A stretch of DNA of 64,000 nucleotides from assembly GCF_001194135.2 (NCBI RefSeq), contig NC_068997.1, forward strand, positions 30,431,192 through 30,495,191. Reading direction: 5' to 3'. The first letter of the stretch is position 1. The number at the start of each line of letters is the position of its first letter. This DNA comes from Octopus bimaculoides. Taxonomy: Eukaryota. The translations under genes were made by a program, and so were the position numbers. The notes beneath the pieces were generated by a model. It saw only the letters and a list, made by a program, of their open reading frames with translations, was not told the DNA's origin and searched no databases. Below, one piece after another: positions 50,776-63,445 of this stretch.

Positions 50776-51318
50776 CTGAGTGAGAGAGCAGTACATGCCA
50801 TCAATGTGACACTAGGTAAAATATATGAAGCCTATTACACAAATCATGACTACTCGTCTGATAAGGGCACACCAAGTACATGCATCACAATCATATGTGC
50901 CCGACATGGTGATCTTATATCAAGATAAACAGTGCATAACCTTGCAGGTGGGGCCCAGTTAGAATTTTCTCCAGGCCAAGTAGCCCAGCCTGCTCAAAAA
51001 GTCCCTGAATAAGGGCTGTTTAAGGATGTTGAATGAAACACCCATGTTTCCAGAGGTGAATTATTCAAAGTCCAAAGAATTCCTCTCAAAACATGACTAT
51101 GGTGTTCCCCCACTACTTCTGCTTATGATCAGCGATGCACATATCGTCAGTCACTAAGGAACATACTCAAATGGTTAAGTAAATCTGTGGTATTGAGAAA
51201 GAATATTTGCTGTAGCCCATCTTTTATACCAAGACAAAATAATGTACGTGATAGCACTTCCAATCAGTTAAGATCAAAAGCCATGAGATCCACTGCCTGA
51301 TACTGCATCAGGGCATTC
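50776..51318 (-). mobile_element. About 540-bp non-coding interspersed element embedded in (TAA)n
   Basis: Homologous inverted copy at 62672-63140; no ORF. Strand inferred from the orientation of the (TAA)n flank. Confidence 0.7.
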
Positions 51319-51331
51319 ATCATCATCATCA

Positions 51332-51378
<47 letters not shown>

Positions 51379-51389
51379 GTTATTGTTCT

Positions 51390-54300
51390 TGCCTTGGTTA
51401 GACGTGTTTTGAGCACTCTGTAAGTTGGAAATGTTGTTGTGTGTTTTTGAAGTTTGTTGACTGTTTTTGTTTTCTGAACCCCCTTTGGTGTGCAGAAGGG
51501 GTTCTTTTGTTAAAAGTTCCTCCCTTTTAGGGGCGAAGTTTGGACAATTAGTCCTTTTCTACACAAAAAATTATTTTTCGTTTTCTCAAAGAACAATATG
51601 GAGCCTGTCATGGAGGTAGGGTTCTTGTTGTTGTAACAGCCAATACACTGGTGAGTTTCCTCCTCTTCACAGCACTAGCATAAAAGTAAGTACCAGCAAT
51701 ATCAGCACCAGCACCATCATCAACAACAAAGAAAACAAAGAAAACAAAGAAAATAGAGAAAACCAAGAAACCACCATCATTGTTCCTGAAATAGAAAAGG
51801 AGGAAGGAAGGAAAGATGAAAGAAAGAATGACACTGAGGCCACCACCACCACCACCACAAATATGCATGGCAACAAATAAAGTGGCAACGGTTTCACCTC
51901 AGCAGCAAATCAAACAAAAGAAATGTTGAATTTAACAACAAATGAAATAAAAAAATATAAAGGAGTTGTTAAGGAAGGAAGGAAGGAAGGAAGGAAACAA
52001 CGTCTTCCTTAACACTCCTCAGGAATTAACAAAGGAAACGAATCAAAAATCAGTAATATACAGAGTTTTAAACATCAAGACGAAAAGAGTAGAAAGAGCC
52101 ACTCAACAACAGTTGGAGATGGCCCTGAAACCAATTTGAACTTACAAAACTCATGTGACAAGAGGAAAGCACTTTGGCATGGTGGGAGGGTATTTTTCAA
52201 CAAAGCAGGGGGCAAGGCAGCACTCCATTATGACCCTAAAAACGGAGGAATGGCTGCTCATGCTGACATACTTTGGTTAGAGCATGACAAAAATAAAAAT
52301 TGGGGGGGTACCCGCTGAAACAAATATATGTTGGCTGGTGACAGCTGTCCTCTTTGATATAGAGGACACTGCCAAAATACTGGAGGTGCATAAATTGCAC
52401 CAACAAAATTAGACAGGTCAGGAGTTGGTACTCCTTATTCAAATTGAAGTAGAAACCTTAAATTCAATCCGTGACTCAATTAACCTACCTGATGGCACCA
52501 AATTACATGTGGCTGTGGAGGGCAGAAGACCAAGGTGCTATAACTGTGGTGACCAAGGTAACCTCAGGGTCGACTGCCCTAAGAAGGAGAGATGATCAGC
52601 CCTTCTGCCAATACCAGAACTGTGGGTACTTTCAATATAGCAGCAGTAGCAGCAGCAGAAACCAACCCAAACACCAAACACTCGGACTGCTCGAGTACTG
52701 AGGTTGAGAAGGGGGAATGGCAGACAATTCCCACCCACCCCAAAAAGAAGGAAAAAGATGCCAAACATGAAGGCTGCATTGTCAGAGCTAAAGTACATTC
52801 TAAATGGGGAAGGAACAAAAGCATCATGATGGGCCCATGTGGTGGAGGCAAAAAGTGGCAGTAAAGCCAGCATTTGGTCTTTCATGGACCAGAACGGATG
52901 TGAGGTGTTCAAATCAAAACAGATATGTGTGGCCTTTCAGCAGCACCTGCTTGACTGTTCGGGATGAGAGGTTGGTTGAAAGACAGGGCAGACATCGGAG
53001 TCTACCAAGACAGCCTGTCCTGACTCTCAGCGAGCAAAGGAGAATGTTACAAAAGGTTGATAACAGCCATGGAAATACAGGAAGAGATGAAGAGCTGCAT
53101 GAGAGGCAGATGGCCAGGTTTGCATGGTCTGTCCTACGAGCTTTATATTTTGATGACAGACTTGCTTGTGGGCCTCTTATCAGATGTCTACTGCAACTTG
53201 CAGCAGAATGGGAGAATTCCCAGTTTTGTTTGTCGAGGGGCAGTGGTAGTGCTGAGAAAGGACCCAAACAAGGTGACGTTATAGAAAATTGCAGGCGCAT
53301 CATTCTCTTCAATGCAGAGTTGAACATTTTGGTCGAGGTGTTAGCCAATAGGTTAGCACTTGTCATGGACAAGCTGGTTAGTGAGGCACAAACATGTGCC
53401 ATCCCAACCAGGATTATTCATGACAACCTACACCTCATGTCTTACATTACAGAGAGGGTGGGTAACGAAGCTGGCATGGATGGGACTCTGATCAATTTAG
53501 ATCAATCTAAAGCCTTTAATAAGGTTGACCATCAATACTTGGCAGCTGTCCCCAAGGCAGCCAGTTTCGGTCCAGTTTTCCACAGTTGGATTGCTGCTTT
53601 GTAATGCGGCATCTGCTTGGTTGTTCGGGTGAATGGTTACCTGTCAGAACCATTCAGCATCTTACATTCGGTCCATTAAGGGTACCCTCTCTCCTCCCTT
53701 CTGTATGTACTGACTCTTGAGCCATTACTGCAGAAGATGGAGGCTTTAAGCAGTGTCCCGCATGATCTAGGATGTGGGAGAAGTGTGTCTGCTTATGCTG
53801 GTGATGTCACCATCATAGTGCCTAGCCACAGGCATATAGACTTGATTGGCGACACACTACAAGAATATGAAATAGTGACTGGAGCAAAAATTAAAGTGGA
53901 AAAGTCAGTGGGCTTGCAACTTGGCACCTGGAGAGGCAAGTCCATGCCGTCCAACAGCATTCTGGGGCACTGGACGGACAGTTCACTTAAATTGCTCAGA
54001 GTCTGGTTTGGTCCAGGCCTCCAGGTGGAGAAAAACTGGGACAAGGTGATGAGCAGGGTAGCCAATCTCATGCAGAAATGGGCTGAGAGGAATCTGTCCC
54101 CGAAAAGTCGAGCAGAGGTGGCAAATATATACATTGCATCCGTCATTTATTACCATTTGACCATCGTCCCTTGCCCCATTTTCTGGTTGATCAAGCTGGT
54201 GCACTTAGTCTTCTGCTTTCTGTGGAAGGGGCGCATTCCACTGGTCAGGTTCTGCTGTCAACAGCCACTGAATGGAGGGCTGGGCATGCCATGGTTGCTG

Positions 54301-55260
54301 ATATCCAGACATGCACTCAGGCTATGGCATCTCCAGCGTTTCTTGATGATGAGCAAGTGTGGTCGCCGTTTGTAAGACTCACTTTTCCCAAGCTCGTCTC
54401 TTCGACTGAACTGTAAATCTGGATTAGGTATAGACTGAGGAGGGGCGCTTGGTACCTTGAGTGCCATGAAGCACTCACAGCTCTCCACCAGACTGGCAAG
54501 GCAGTCAGTGGTAGTTCCTTTCTAGCGTTCTATAGAGGGATAGTGAAGTGAAAGTGCAATGACGTTCTTGGAGAAATTCTAGGTGTCGATGAGAATCAAC
54601 TAATTGGTCTGTTTTGGAAAACTTTTGGGCCTGCGCTTATGCTTAACTTCCAGACATCTCTTGCCTGGCAGTACTACCAAGCGGCATTGCCTGTTTGAGA
54701 TAAACTCTACAGGCTTGAAAGTGCCATCAGCCTGGTCTGTCCAAGGTGTGCACAGAGCGATGAAACTGTTCTGCACGCCCTCGTCCAGTGCCTGAGTATT
54801 GATGACCTGTGTGGTTTTGTGCTGAACACCTGCTGTTGTATGTAGGATGGAACTGGCTATCAGCTAAATCCAGGGGTAGGATTGCCATACCTCCCTCCTT
54901 TGGCCAGGAGGGACAGGCAGCTTTTATTTCTCCGGTGGCTGGAGTGAAAGAGGTAGTATGATGGACTCGTCTGAAAGGGCTACAGTGAGACACTTGCCTC
55001 TTTCACCAAGGGCTCATCAACTTCAAATTTCACTTGAAAAAGAAGTTGAGGGTGGGGAGGGAAGTTGACTTCTAGTAAATTTGTTGAAAGGTGGGTGAAT
55101 GTTGGAAGAATGACCAGTGTGAAACGACCAATTCAGAGCGTACACCTGTAAAAAGAGGGAAATAAAGGAGAAGGGCTCTTGCTCTGTTGATCAAGCACCT
55201 GTAGATTATGTGACTTTTTCCACAAGGACCCTTGAGCAAATCCTCTTTTAAGAGTTTTAT
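51390..55260 (+). mobile_element. Tx1/L1-like LINE copy 4 (5' UTR, ORF1, APE deleted, RT)
   Basis: VAVEGRRPRCYNCGDQGNLRVDCP (degenerate knuckle) joined directly to the post-APE linker KHEGCIVRAK; LDQSKAFNKVDH, AYAGDV. Confidence 0.88.
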
Positions 55261-55374
55261 TATGTTTCATTTTTTATTGTTATACTAGCAGAGATACCTG
55301 GTGTTGCTCAGGTTTTAAGTGGCATAGTTTTTGATTGTTTTACTTGTTTTGGTCAAGTGAATGCAGCCATTCTG

Positions 55375-55480
55375 GAGCACCGCCTTTAGTCGAAGAAATA
55401 GACCCCAAGATTTGTACTTAGTAGCCCTAATACATATTCTATCAATTTATTTTGCCTAATGGCTAAGTTATGGGGTACAA
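55375..55480 (+). mobile_element. SINE 3' fragment (third family)
   Basis: tggagcaccgcctttagtcgaagaaatagacccc...ggctaagttatggggtacaaacaaac followed by a (CA)/(TA) tail. Confidence 0.6.
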
Positions 55481-55647
55481 ACAAACACATACACATATGC
55501 ACACACACATACACATATATACATATATATATATTTATACACACACATATATCTATATATATATGTATGTTATATACACATATATATATGTCTCTATAAC
55601 ACACATATATATATATATATATACATATATATATACATGTATGTACG

Positions 55648-57548
55648 TAGGAAGGGCATCCAGCTGTAGAAACTCTGCCAGATCAGATTGGAGAGAGTTA
55701 GTTTAGACAAGATGCAGTTTGGGTTTGTGCCAAGAAAAAGCACCACTGATGCTATATTTCTAGTAAGACAGCTGCAGGAGTATCGCCTAGCCAAAGATAC
55801 ACTTCTGTACCTGGCTTTCATTGACATACAGAAAGCAGCCTTTGAAAGGGTCCCCCAATCCCTTATCTGGTTGTCATGGTGGAAACCAGGGATAGATGTG
55901 TGGTTAGTGAGAGTTGTACGAACCATGTATAGGGATGCTGTCAGTAAAGTGAGGGTTGACAACGAGTATAGTGAAGAATTCCGGGTAAGTGTAGGGGTCT
56001 ACCAAGAATCAATCCTCATAGTTCTCCAAGCAATAACAAAGGAATTCAAGACAGGATGCCCCTGGGAGCTCCTCTATGCAGATGACCTTGCTTTAATAGC
56101 TGAGTCACTATCAGAATGAGACGAGAAGTTTCAGGCATGGAAGCAAGGTCTAGAATTGAAGGGACTTAGAGTCAATCTAGCAAAAACCAAGTCTTAATAA
56201 GTAGGAAGGCCAACAAATTACAAATCCCTTCAGGTAGATGGCCCTGCTCAATCTGTAGAAAAGGCGTGGGTAAAAACTCCATAAGATATATCCAGTGTGA
56301 GCTATGGACACAAGAGCTGCAGCAATTTCAAAGGAAGGCTAACTGGGAAGATAGCTTTTATCTGTGACAAATGCTCAGGGGCAATAAACTCTGAAAATCT
56401 GCAGAAAACGGCTTCCATCACCTAGAAGTAGTTGATAGCTTCCATTACCTAGGTGACCAAATAGGTAGCGGGGTTGAATGCTCTGAGAGTGTAGCAGATG
56501 GAATAAGACTAGCCTTGGCAAAGTTCAGAGGGCTCCTACCTCTGCTAGTGACAAAAGGTCTCTCAATCAGAGTAAAAGATGGACTGTATGACGCATGTGT
56601 ATGAACAGCCATACTATATGGCAGTGAAACATGGGCCATGACTGCTGAGGACATGCGTAAACTTGCAAGAAATGAAGGTAGTATGCTCTGCTGGATGTGT
56701 AATATCAGTGTGCATACATGACAGAGTGTAAGCGTCCTGAGAGAAAAGGTGGCCATAAGAAGCATCAGATGTGGTGTGTAAGAGAGATAACTGGGCTGGT
56801 ATGGTCATGTGTTGTGTATAGATGAGGAGAGCTGTGTGAAAAAGTGTCACACCCTAGCAGTAGAGGGAACCTGGGGAGGAGGCAGACCCAGGAAGACCTG
56901 AGACAAGGTGGTGAAGCATAACCTTCAAACGTTGGGCCTCACAGAGGCAATGACAAGTGACTAAGACCTCTGGAGATATGCGTTGCTCTGAAGATTCGCA
57001 AGCCAAGTGAGACCGTAACTGTGGCCTATGTCAGTCCACCATAACCAGCCCATTTAAGAGTACCCTTCAAACATTAGGTAATAAACTGTGCTTGTGAAGT
57101 CCTGTTGAATCAAGTGAAGTCATTGTCATGGCCGATGCCTGTGCCACCTGATTGGCACCCATACTGGTGGCACATAAAAAGCACCATTCGAGGGTGATTG
57201 ATGCCAGTGCTGCCTGACAACTCCTATGCCGGTGGCACATAAAGAGCAACACTTCAGTATGGTCATTGCCAGTGTTGCCTGACAGGCTGCCATACCGGTG
57301 GCACACAAAAAGCACCATTCACGCGTGGTCTTTGCCAGTGCTGTCTGACTGGCGCTCGTGCCGGTGGCACATAAAAAGTGCCCACTATGCTCTCGGAGTG
57401 ATTGGTGTTAGGAAGGGCATCCAGCTATAGAAAATTTGCCAGATGCGATTAGAGTCTGGTGCAGCCTTCTGGCTTGCCAGCCCTCAGCCAAACCATCCAA
57501 CCTATGCCAGAATGGAAAGTGGATGTTAAACGAGGGCGACGATGATGA
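55648..57548 (+). mobile_element. RTE LINE 3' half with four-unit 3' UTR array
   Basis: QFGFVPRKSTTDAIFLVRQLQE, FIDIQKAAFERVP, ELLYADDLAL; tail ends gttaaacgagggcgacgatgatgat. Confidence 0.9.
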
Positions 57549-58501
57549 TATATATATATATATATATATTTGTTTTGCAAGATTTTTGATGTAAAATCGT
57601 GTGTTGAAACAGATGTTGTTGTACTTGGGGATGGTCATATTGCCAGTTTTGCCAATAAAAACACACGCACTGNNNNNNNNNNNNNNNNNNNNNNNNNNNN
57701 NNNNNNNNNNNNNNNNNNNNNNNNNNNNNNNNNNNNNNNNNNNNNNNNNNNNNNNNNNNNNNNNNNNNNNNNNNNNNNNNNNNNNNNNNNNNNNNNNNNN
57801 NNNNNNNNNNNNNNNNNNNNNNNNNNNNNNNNNNNNNNNNNNNNNNNNNNNNNNNNNNNNNNNNNNNNNNNNNNNNNNNNNNNNNNNNNNNNNNNNNNNN
57901 NNNNNNNNNNNNNNNNNNNNNNNNNNNNNNNNNNNNNNNNNNNNNNNNNNNNNNNNNNNNNNNNNNNNNNNNNNNNNNNNNNNNNNNNNNNNNNNNNNNN
58001 NNNNNNNNNNNNNNNNNNNNNNNNNNNNNNNNNNNNNNNNNNNNNNNNNNNNNNNNNNNNNNNNNNNNNNNNNNNNNNNNNNNNNNNNNNNNNNNNNNNN
58101 NNNNNNNNNNNNNNNNNNNNNNNNNNNNNNNNNNNNNNNNNNNNNNNNNNNNNNNNNNNNNNNNNNNNNNNNNNNNNNNNNNNNNNNNNNNNNNNNNNNN
58201 NNNNNNNNNNNNNNNNNNNNNNNNNNNNNNNNNNNNNNNNNNNNNNNNNNNNNNNNNNNNNNNNNNNNNNNNNNNNNNNNNNNNNNNNNNNNNNNNNNNN
58301 NNNNNNNNNNNNNNNNNNNNNNNNNNNNNNNNNNNNNNNNNNNNNNNNNNNNNNNNNNNNNNNNNNNNNNNNNNNNNNNNNNNNNNNNNNNNNNNNNNNN
58401 NNNNNNNNNNNNNNNNNNNNNNNNNNNNNNNNNNNNNNNNNNNNNNNNNNNNNNNNNNNNNNNNNNNNNNNNNNNNNNNNNNNNNNNNNNNNNNNNNNNN
58501 N

Positions 58502-59093
58502 GTTCATTTGCCCGCTCCCCTATACTCCTTGCAGTTTCGCCTACATATGTTGTTGTCTTGTTACTGCATCGTCCCTCTGTACATCTTATACTATAGACCA
58601 CATTTCTGGTTTTACAGTTTGTTTGTGTGCTAAATCTACATACGGTACAGTTTTTGTCAGTGCAGGGGGTTCTACTAAAGGGTATGTTCTACTGATAAGG
58701 GATTTGATAGGGTTGCCTGGCCTTTAAACAACCTTAATTCTTAGCTTAAGTTTGTCTAGGGCCCTTCTAAAGCGGTACGCCAGTTCGCCTCTAGGGGTGG
58801 TGTCGACGAACATGACGCTCTGGTATTTGTTGCTATCATACCATGAGCTGGCCTTCCCTATTTTCTTCTTAATCCATGATTTGCTTCTATAGAGTGGGCA
58901 AATCCCATTCCTATCATTATGTTTGATTGTTTCAAACTTCTTCATGGCTCCTTTGCATACCCTGCTCCTTTCTTTATGGCTGTAACCTGAGAACTGCATG
59001 CGGTGAACGAAATGTTGTATATGTCTCTTTAATTCTGTAGGGTTGCACATGCAGGAGACATTTCGCATTACGCATTACTCTGACGTCAGAGTA
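58502..59093 (-). mobile_element. Penelope-like element fragment (RT C-terminus/linker plus GIY-YIG N-terminus), truncated by gap
   Basis: RMQFSGYSHKERSRVCKGAMKKFE..GICPLYR...WYDSNKYQSVMFVDTTPRGELA; CKTRNVVYSIRC...TTYVGETARSIGERANE (GIY-YIG). Confidence 0.88.
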
Positions 59094-59249
59094 TATATAC
59101 ATATATATATACATCAATTGTCATCATCACCAATACAATTGGCATCAGCGACCATCATGGGAACATTGAGAGGGAGAGCCATTCTTCCCACCAGCCCTCG
59201 CATAGAAGATTTCCACTCCACCTAATATTACTCACTCCCAGCAAGAACA

Positions 59250-62200
59250 ACAATAACAGTAACAACAACACCTTAAGTAATATGAAAGCTCACGAAGCAT
59301 ATGAAATCAGCAGCAGCAGCAGGAATGAGAAGATGGAAAAGAGAGAGACAGAAGAGAGTAGAAATAAGAGCAACACCACTACAACTACTATTGATACCTG
59401 AAAAACAGAAATCACCAAAAGAATGAATGACAAAGTTAAATAACAAAGAACACTGATCAAAAGAATAATTCCATGAATTAAAAAAAAATTCCCGACGTAC
59501 CCAACTTAAAAGAAAAAAAATGTTTCCCCTGGCTCTTGATGGAAAAGCAAAAGAATTGGCCCATACCAACACAATTATAAATATTGAGTGGGGTAATTCT
59601 TGTTTGGGAATGAAAAAAAACCACTATTTATCTTAGATGTGTCTTACACAAGAGTAGGTGGGCGAAAATAGCATCTATATGTCAAGTGGAGGAAATTGTG
59701 AAGGACATCTTAGAAGACATGGCCTACTTACAAAGAGGCAGAGAGTATGTCAACATCGAAATCTTCTTCCAAAAGTGAGGAACTCACATATTAACATGTC
59801 CCAATGGAATGAGGAGTGCGTCTTGTAGCCAACCTACCTTTCAAAATGAACTGCCAATAATAAAAAATACCAGGTGTCCCACCAGATCTGAACAGCTGGT
59901 TGACTGCAGCATGTTTGATAGAAGATCTGGAGTCAGTCCTAGGGGTGAAACGGAGCAGCAGGAGAAACTGGTCTGGGATAACCATTGAAATCCTGCTCCC
60001 TGTGAAAATGGAAAATATGGGAAAAAATCCTGGATTTTATACAAGTGCCCAATTGGGTTTACTTGCATGTTACATTAGCAGACAGAAAGCCTAAGTGTGA
60101 CGTTTGTGTGGCCACATGACACCTCAGGGCTTTCTATCCCCAAAAGACAGGAGGCATGAGACCACTTGCACCACACAAACAAAGCCCTCAACAACAGCAA
60201 CAACTGAGACAATATGCCACACATGCAGCCTCATTTTCAGCTGAAGCACAAAGGCAATAGAGATAACCACACAGGATGTATCTCAAACCAGCACTCCATT
60301 TTCCTCTCTCTCAAGCACAAACACACAATAACACTCACACAAACACAAACAGACTCACACACCTTAAGACTGATCCCACAGACACTGGTGCCTTCACATC
60401 ACATAGCAAAGACAAGGAGGAACCACAAAAGTAAAAAATGAAAACTAATGGACAACATCATCATCATAATAATTTAATGCTAGCATAGGCAGGACAGTAC
60501 CACAAGAGCCAGCTAGGCTGAAGCCTGCACCAGACTTCTGTGACTGTTTTGGCAGGATTTTTACAGTCAGATGCCCTTCCTAACACCATCCACTCAGCAG
60601 AGTGAACTTAGTGCATTTTATGTGGCACAAGCACAGGTGAGGTCAGCTTTGGCAAGGTTTTTACAGCTGGATGCCCTTCCAAACACCAACCACTTTTAAG
60701 TATGGACTTAGTGCTTTCAAGTGGCACCTCCACTGACAGAGTCACCAAGAACTTGCAAGACAAAAACTTTTAAGAGGGGAGGAGGCATTGGAGGAGATGA
60801 TGATGAAAAGGTTATAGTGAGATAGATACAGACAACACAAAAGAAAAGGACCTGGCTCCACACCAACAATAGAATGTTCCAGTAGAAAGGCAACAGACAT
60901 ATCTAAAACAACACCAGCCATACCATCTACACCAACACAATTGCAACACCAACCCACACCCCCAAAATCGCACACACACACAAAAGTCAACTGCAGAAAC
61001 TCCTATTTTCATGCTGGTGAGGAGAGCCAACAAAAATTTGATGGACCTCATAGCTGGAGATCAAAAAATTGAGAGGGAGGATGCAATACACGACACTAGC
61101 ATGTTTAGGGTTCTGGAAAGTTAGATGTTGGTATGGACGCCACTAAAGACCTACACAGATATTTGAGAGGCTTCCTCAAACGATGTAGGAAATCCTCATG
61201 TCAAGGCCATGAAGAGACTTGAAGGGTTTCTCAGAGGAACCACAGCTAGATCCAGAGTCCAGGTCACAGGGCTGCCAACAGCATCAAGAGGAGAAACTCC
61301 CACCAGATCCGAAGGCCAGGCCATCCGGCTGACAACCACACTGGCAGGGTAAGTAACCTCACTCTTTTTCTTTCTCATAGCTCTTTCTGATCGGCATGGG
61401 ATTTAAAGAATTTAATCACTACAGTGTTTAGCAGCATCTGTTCAGTGGTCAAAGCAAACAGCCATCTATCAGAATCATTTAGCATCATTGACGTATAACT
61501 TTATTGACAGGCAGGAGTGACAAAGCCTTCAAGGAGACTCTGGGTGTCAAGAGGCATCAACTAACTGGCCTTTACAGAAGGACTTTTGGACCAGAGCCTT
61601 TGGATAACTTCCAGAAATGCCTGGCCTGGCAGTGCTATTGAGGAGCTCTGCCAGTGCTAGACAAGCTCTACAGACATGGAAGTGCCGTCAGACAAACATA
61701 TCCGAGGTGTGCACAGACCAATGAAACTGTCCTGTATGCAGACAACCAGTGTCCATACATTACTGACTTGTGCAGCTTTGTCAAACAGCTGTTATGTGTA
61801 GGATGAATCTGGTTATTAGCTGAGTTCATTGCGAAAATCATACCACTGCTTTTCTTTGGCCTGGAAAGAAATGCAGTTTTCCTCTGGTGGCTATGGTGAA
61901 GGGGGTTGTGTGGTGGACGAGACTGAAAAGACTGGACACAGATACTTTCCTCTTCAGCCACGCCCTCAGCAACTTTTTCAAGTTCCCCTTAAAAAAGAAA
62001 GTTAGGGTAGGGAGAGAAGTTCTGCCCTTCCAGGAAATTTGTGGAAAGGTGGGTGTATGTGGTGAGAATAGCCCATATAGATGGGCTTACTTTGAATTTT
62101 TGTTTATAAACCAGAGGAGTTGAGAAGAAGAGAGGTACCTGTAAAGCTGCACCTGGCAGTTGGGATAACCCAGTTGTGTGGGGTTCTGCAGTTGTCCCTG

Positions 62201-62290
62201 TGAGGAAATCCCCCTTTTGGGGAACTTTTATCATTTAATTGTTTTGTTAGTTGGTTTTTGTTACTTAATGTATAGCCAACATTGTACAAC
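59250..62290 (+). mobile_element. Tx1/L1-like LINE copy 5, heavily deleted, interrupted by an RTE tail
   Basis: ORF1-like low-complexity region; 3' part GLAVLLRSSASARQAL (frameshifted LAWQCY..ALPV.DKLY), LVAMVKGVVWWTRLKRLDT. Confidence 0.75.
60470..60760 (-). mobile_element. RTE 3' UTR fragment nested in Tx1 ORF1
   Basis: ttttacagctggatgcccttccaaacaccaaccac is the reverse complement of the RTE tail; partly duplicated (about 60555 and 60655). Confidence 0.75.
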
Positions 62291-62299
62291 ATGCCACTT

Positions 62300-62560
62300 A
62301 TTTCTTGTATTGGAACAGCAATGGATTATGATAAAACAATAGCAAGAAAAGCCCGTTCATGACAAATACTGGGTTAAATAAACTAAACAGGAAAGAAATA
62401 AACAGAGCAAAATCCCAGCAATGGCTGAGAAGCTCAGGGCTAAAGCAGAAACTGAATGATTTTTTAAACCAGTTGAAGACACACAAGATGTCAAAATATC
62501 GTTCACTAGATAACAATGGCACTCTTCTGTTAATTTTGACTCTATATCTTCAGGAGGAGT
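62300..62560 (+). mobile_element. R4/Dong-like fragment
   Basis: KPVHDKYWVK.LNRKEINRAKSQQWLRSSGLK matches the 9312/47336 family. Confidence 0.75.
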
Positions 62561-62593
62561 TACCTCAATCCTTCCAATATTAATAATAATAAT

Positions 62594-62671
<78 letters not shown>

Positions 62672-62674
<3 letters not shown>

Positions 62675-63140
62675 CTTTGTTTTCTCTTGGTATAAAAGAT
62701 GGGCTACAACAAATATTTTGCTCAATACCACACATTTACTTGTCAGTTGTTTGACCATAACTAGTTGAGTAATTCCCTTAGTGACTGACAAAATGTGCAT
62801 CTCTGATCACAAGTAGAAGTAGTGAGGAAGCATTATAACCATGTGTTGAGAGGGATCGTTTGGGGTTTGGATATGGGTGTTTTTCTCAACATCCTTAAAG
62901 GGCCCTTATTCCAGGACCTCCTGTGTGGGACGGGCTACTCACCCTGAAGAAAATCCTAACTAGGCCCCACCTGTAAGGTCATGTACGTTTTTTTTTTTAT
63001 ATGGGAAAATATCGTGCACATATGGTTGTGATGCATGTGCCTGGTGCACCCTTATCAGACAGGTAGTCACGATGTGAATACTGGGTTTTGTGTATTTTAC
63101 CCCCGTACCACTTTGATGGCATATGCTGCCCCCTCACTCA
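62672..63140 (+). mobile_element. Second copy of the about 540-bp (TAA)n-embedded non-coding element
   Basis: Reverse complement of about 50780-51250 (cttggtataaaagatgggctac..., cccttatcagac..., cctcactcaataa). Confidence 0.7.
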
Positions 63141-63159
63141 ATAACAATAATCATAATAA

Positions 63160-63395
63160 TCTTTTCTGCTAAAGGCATAAGGCCTGAAATTTTGGGAGAG
63201 GGGACCAGTTGATTACATTGACCTGAGTGTGTAACTGATATGCAATTTATCAACCCAAAAGTATGAAAGGCAAAGTCAACCCTTATGGCATTTGAACTCA
63301 GAACAAGAACACAGACGAATTACTGCTAAGCATTTCTTACAGTGTGCTAACAATTCTGCCAGCTCGCCTCCTTCATAATAATAATAATAATAATG

Positions 63396-63445
<50 letters not shown>

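Noticed and set aside
57130-57390. CRISPR-like periodic repeats
   Set aside because: Eukaryotic context, no cas genes, whole units (not just repeats) are homologous, and the array is part of an RTE 3' UTR
57570-57672. GAAAC-AGAT-GTT resembling a hammerhead stem III next to the PLE gap
   Set aside because: No CUGANGA upstream and the loop is not palindromic
59076-59093. Perfect 18-bp palindrome tactctgacgtcagagta containing TGACGTCA (cAMP-response element)
   Set aside because: Lies at the truncated edge of PLE coding sequence; no promoter context, likely coincidental
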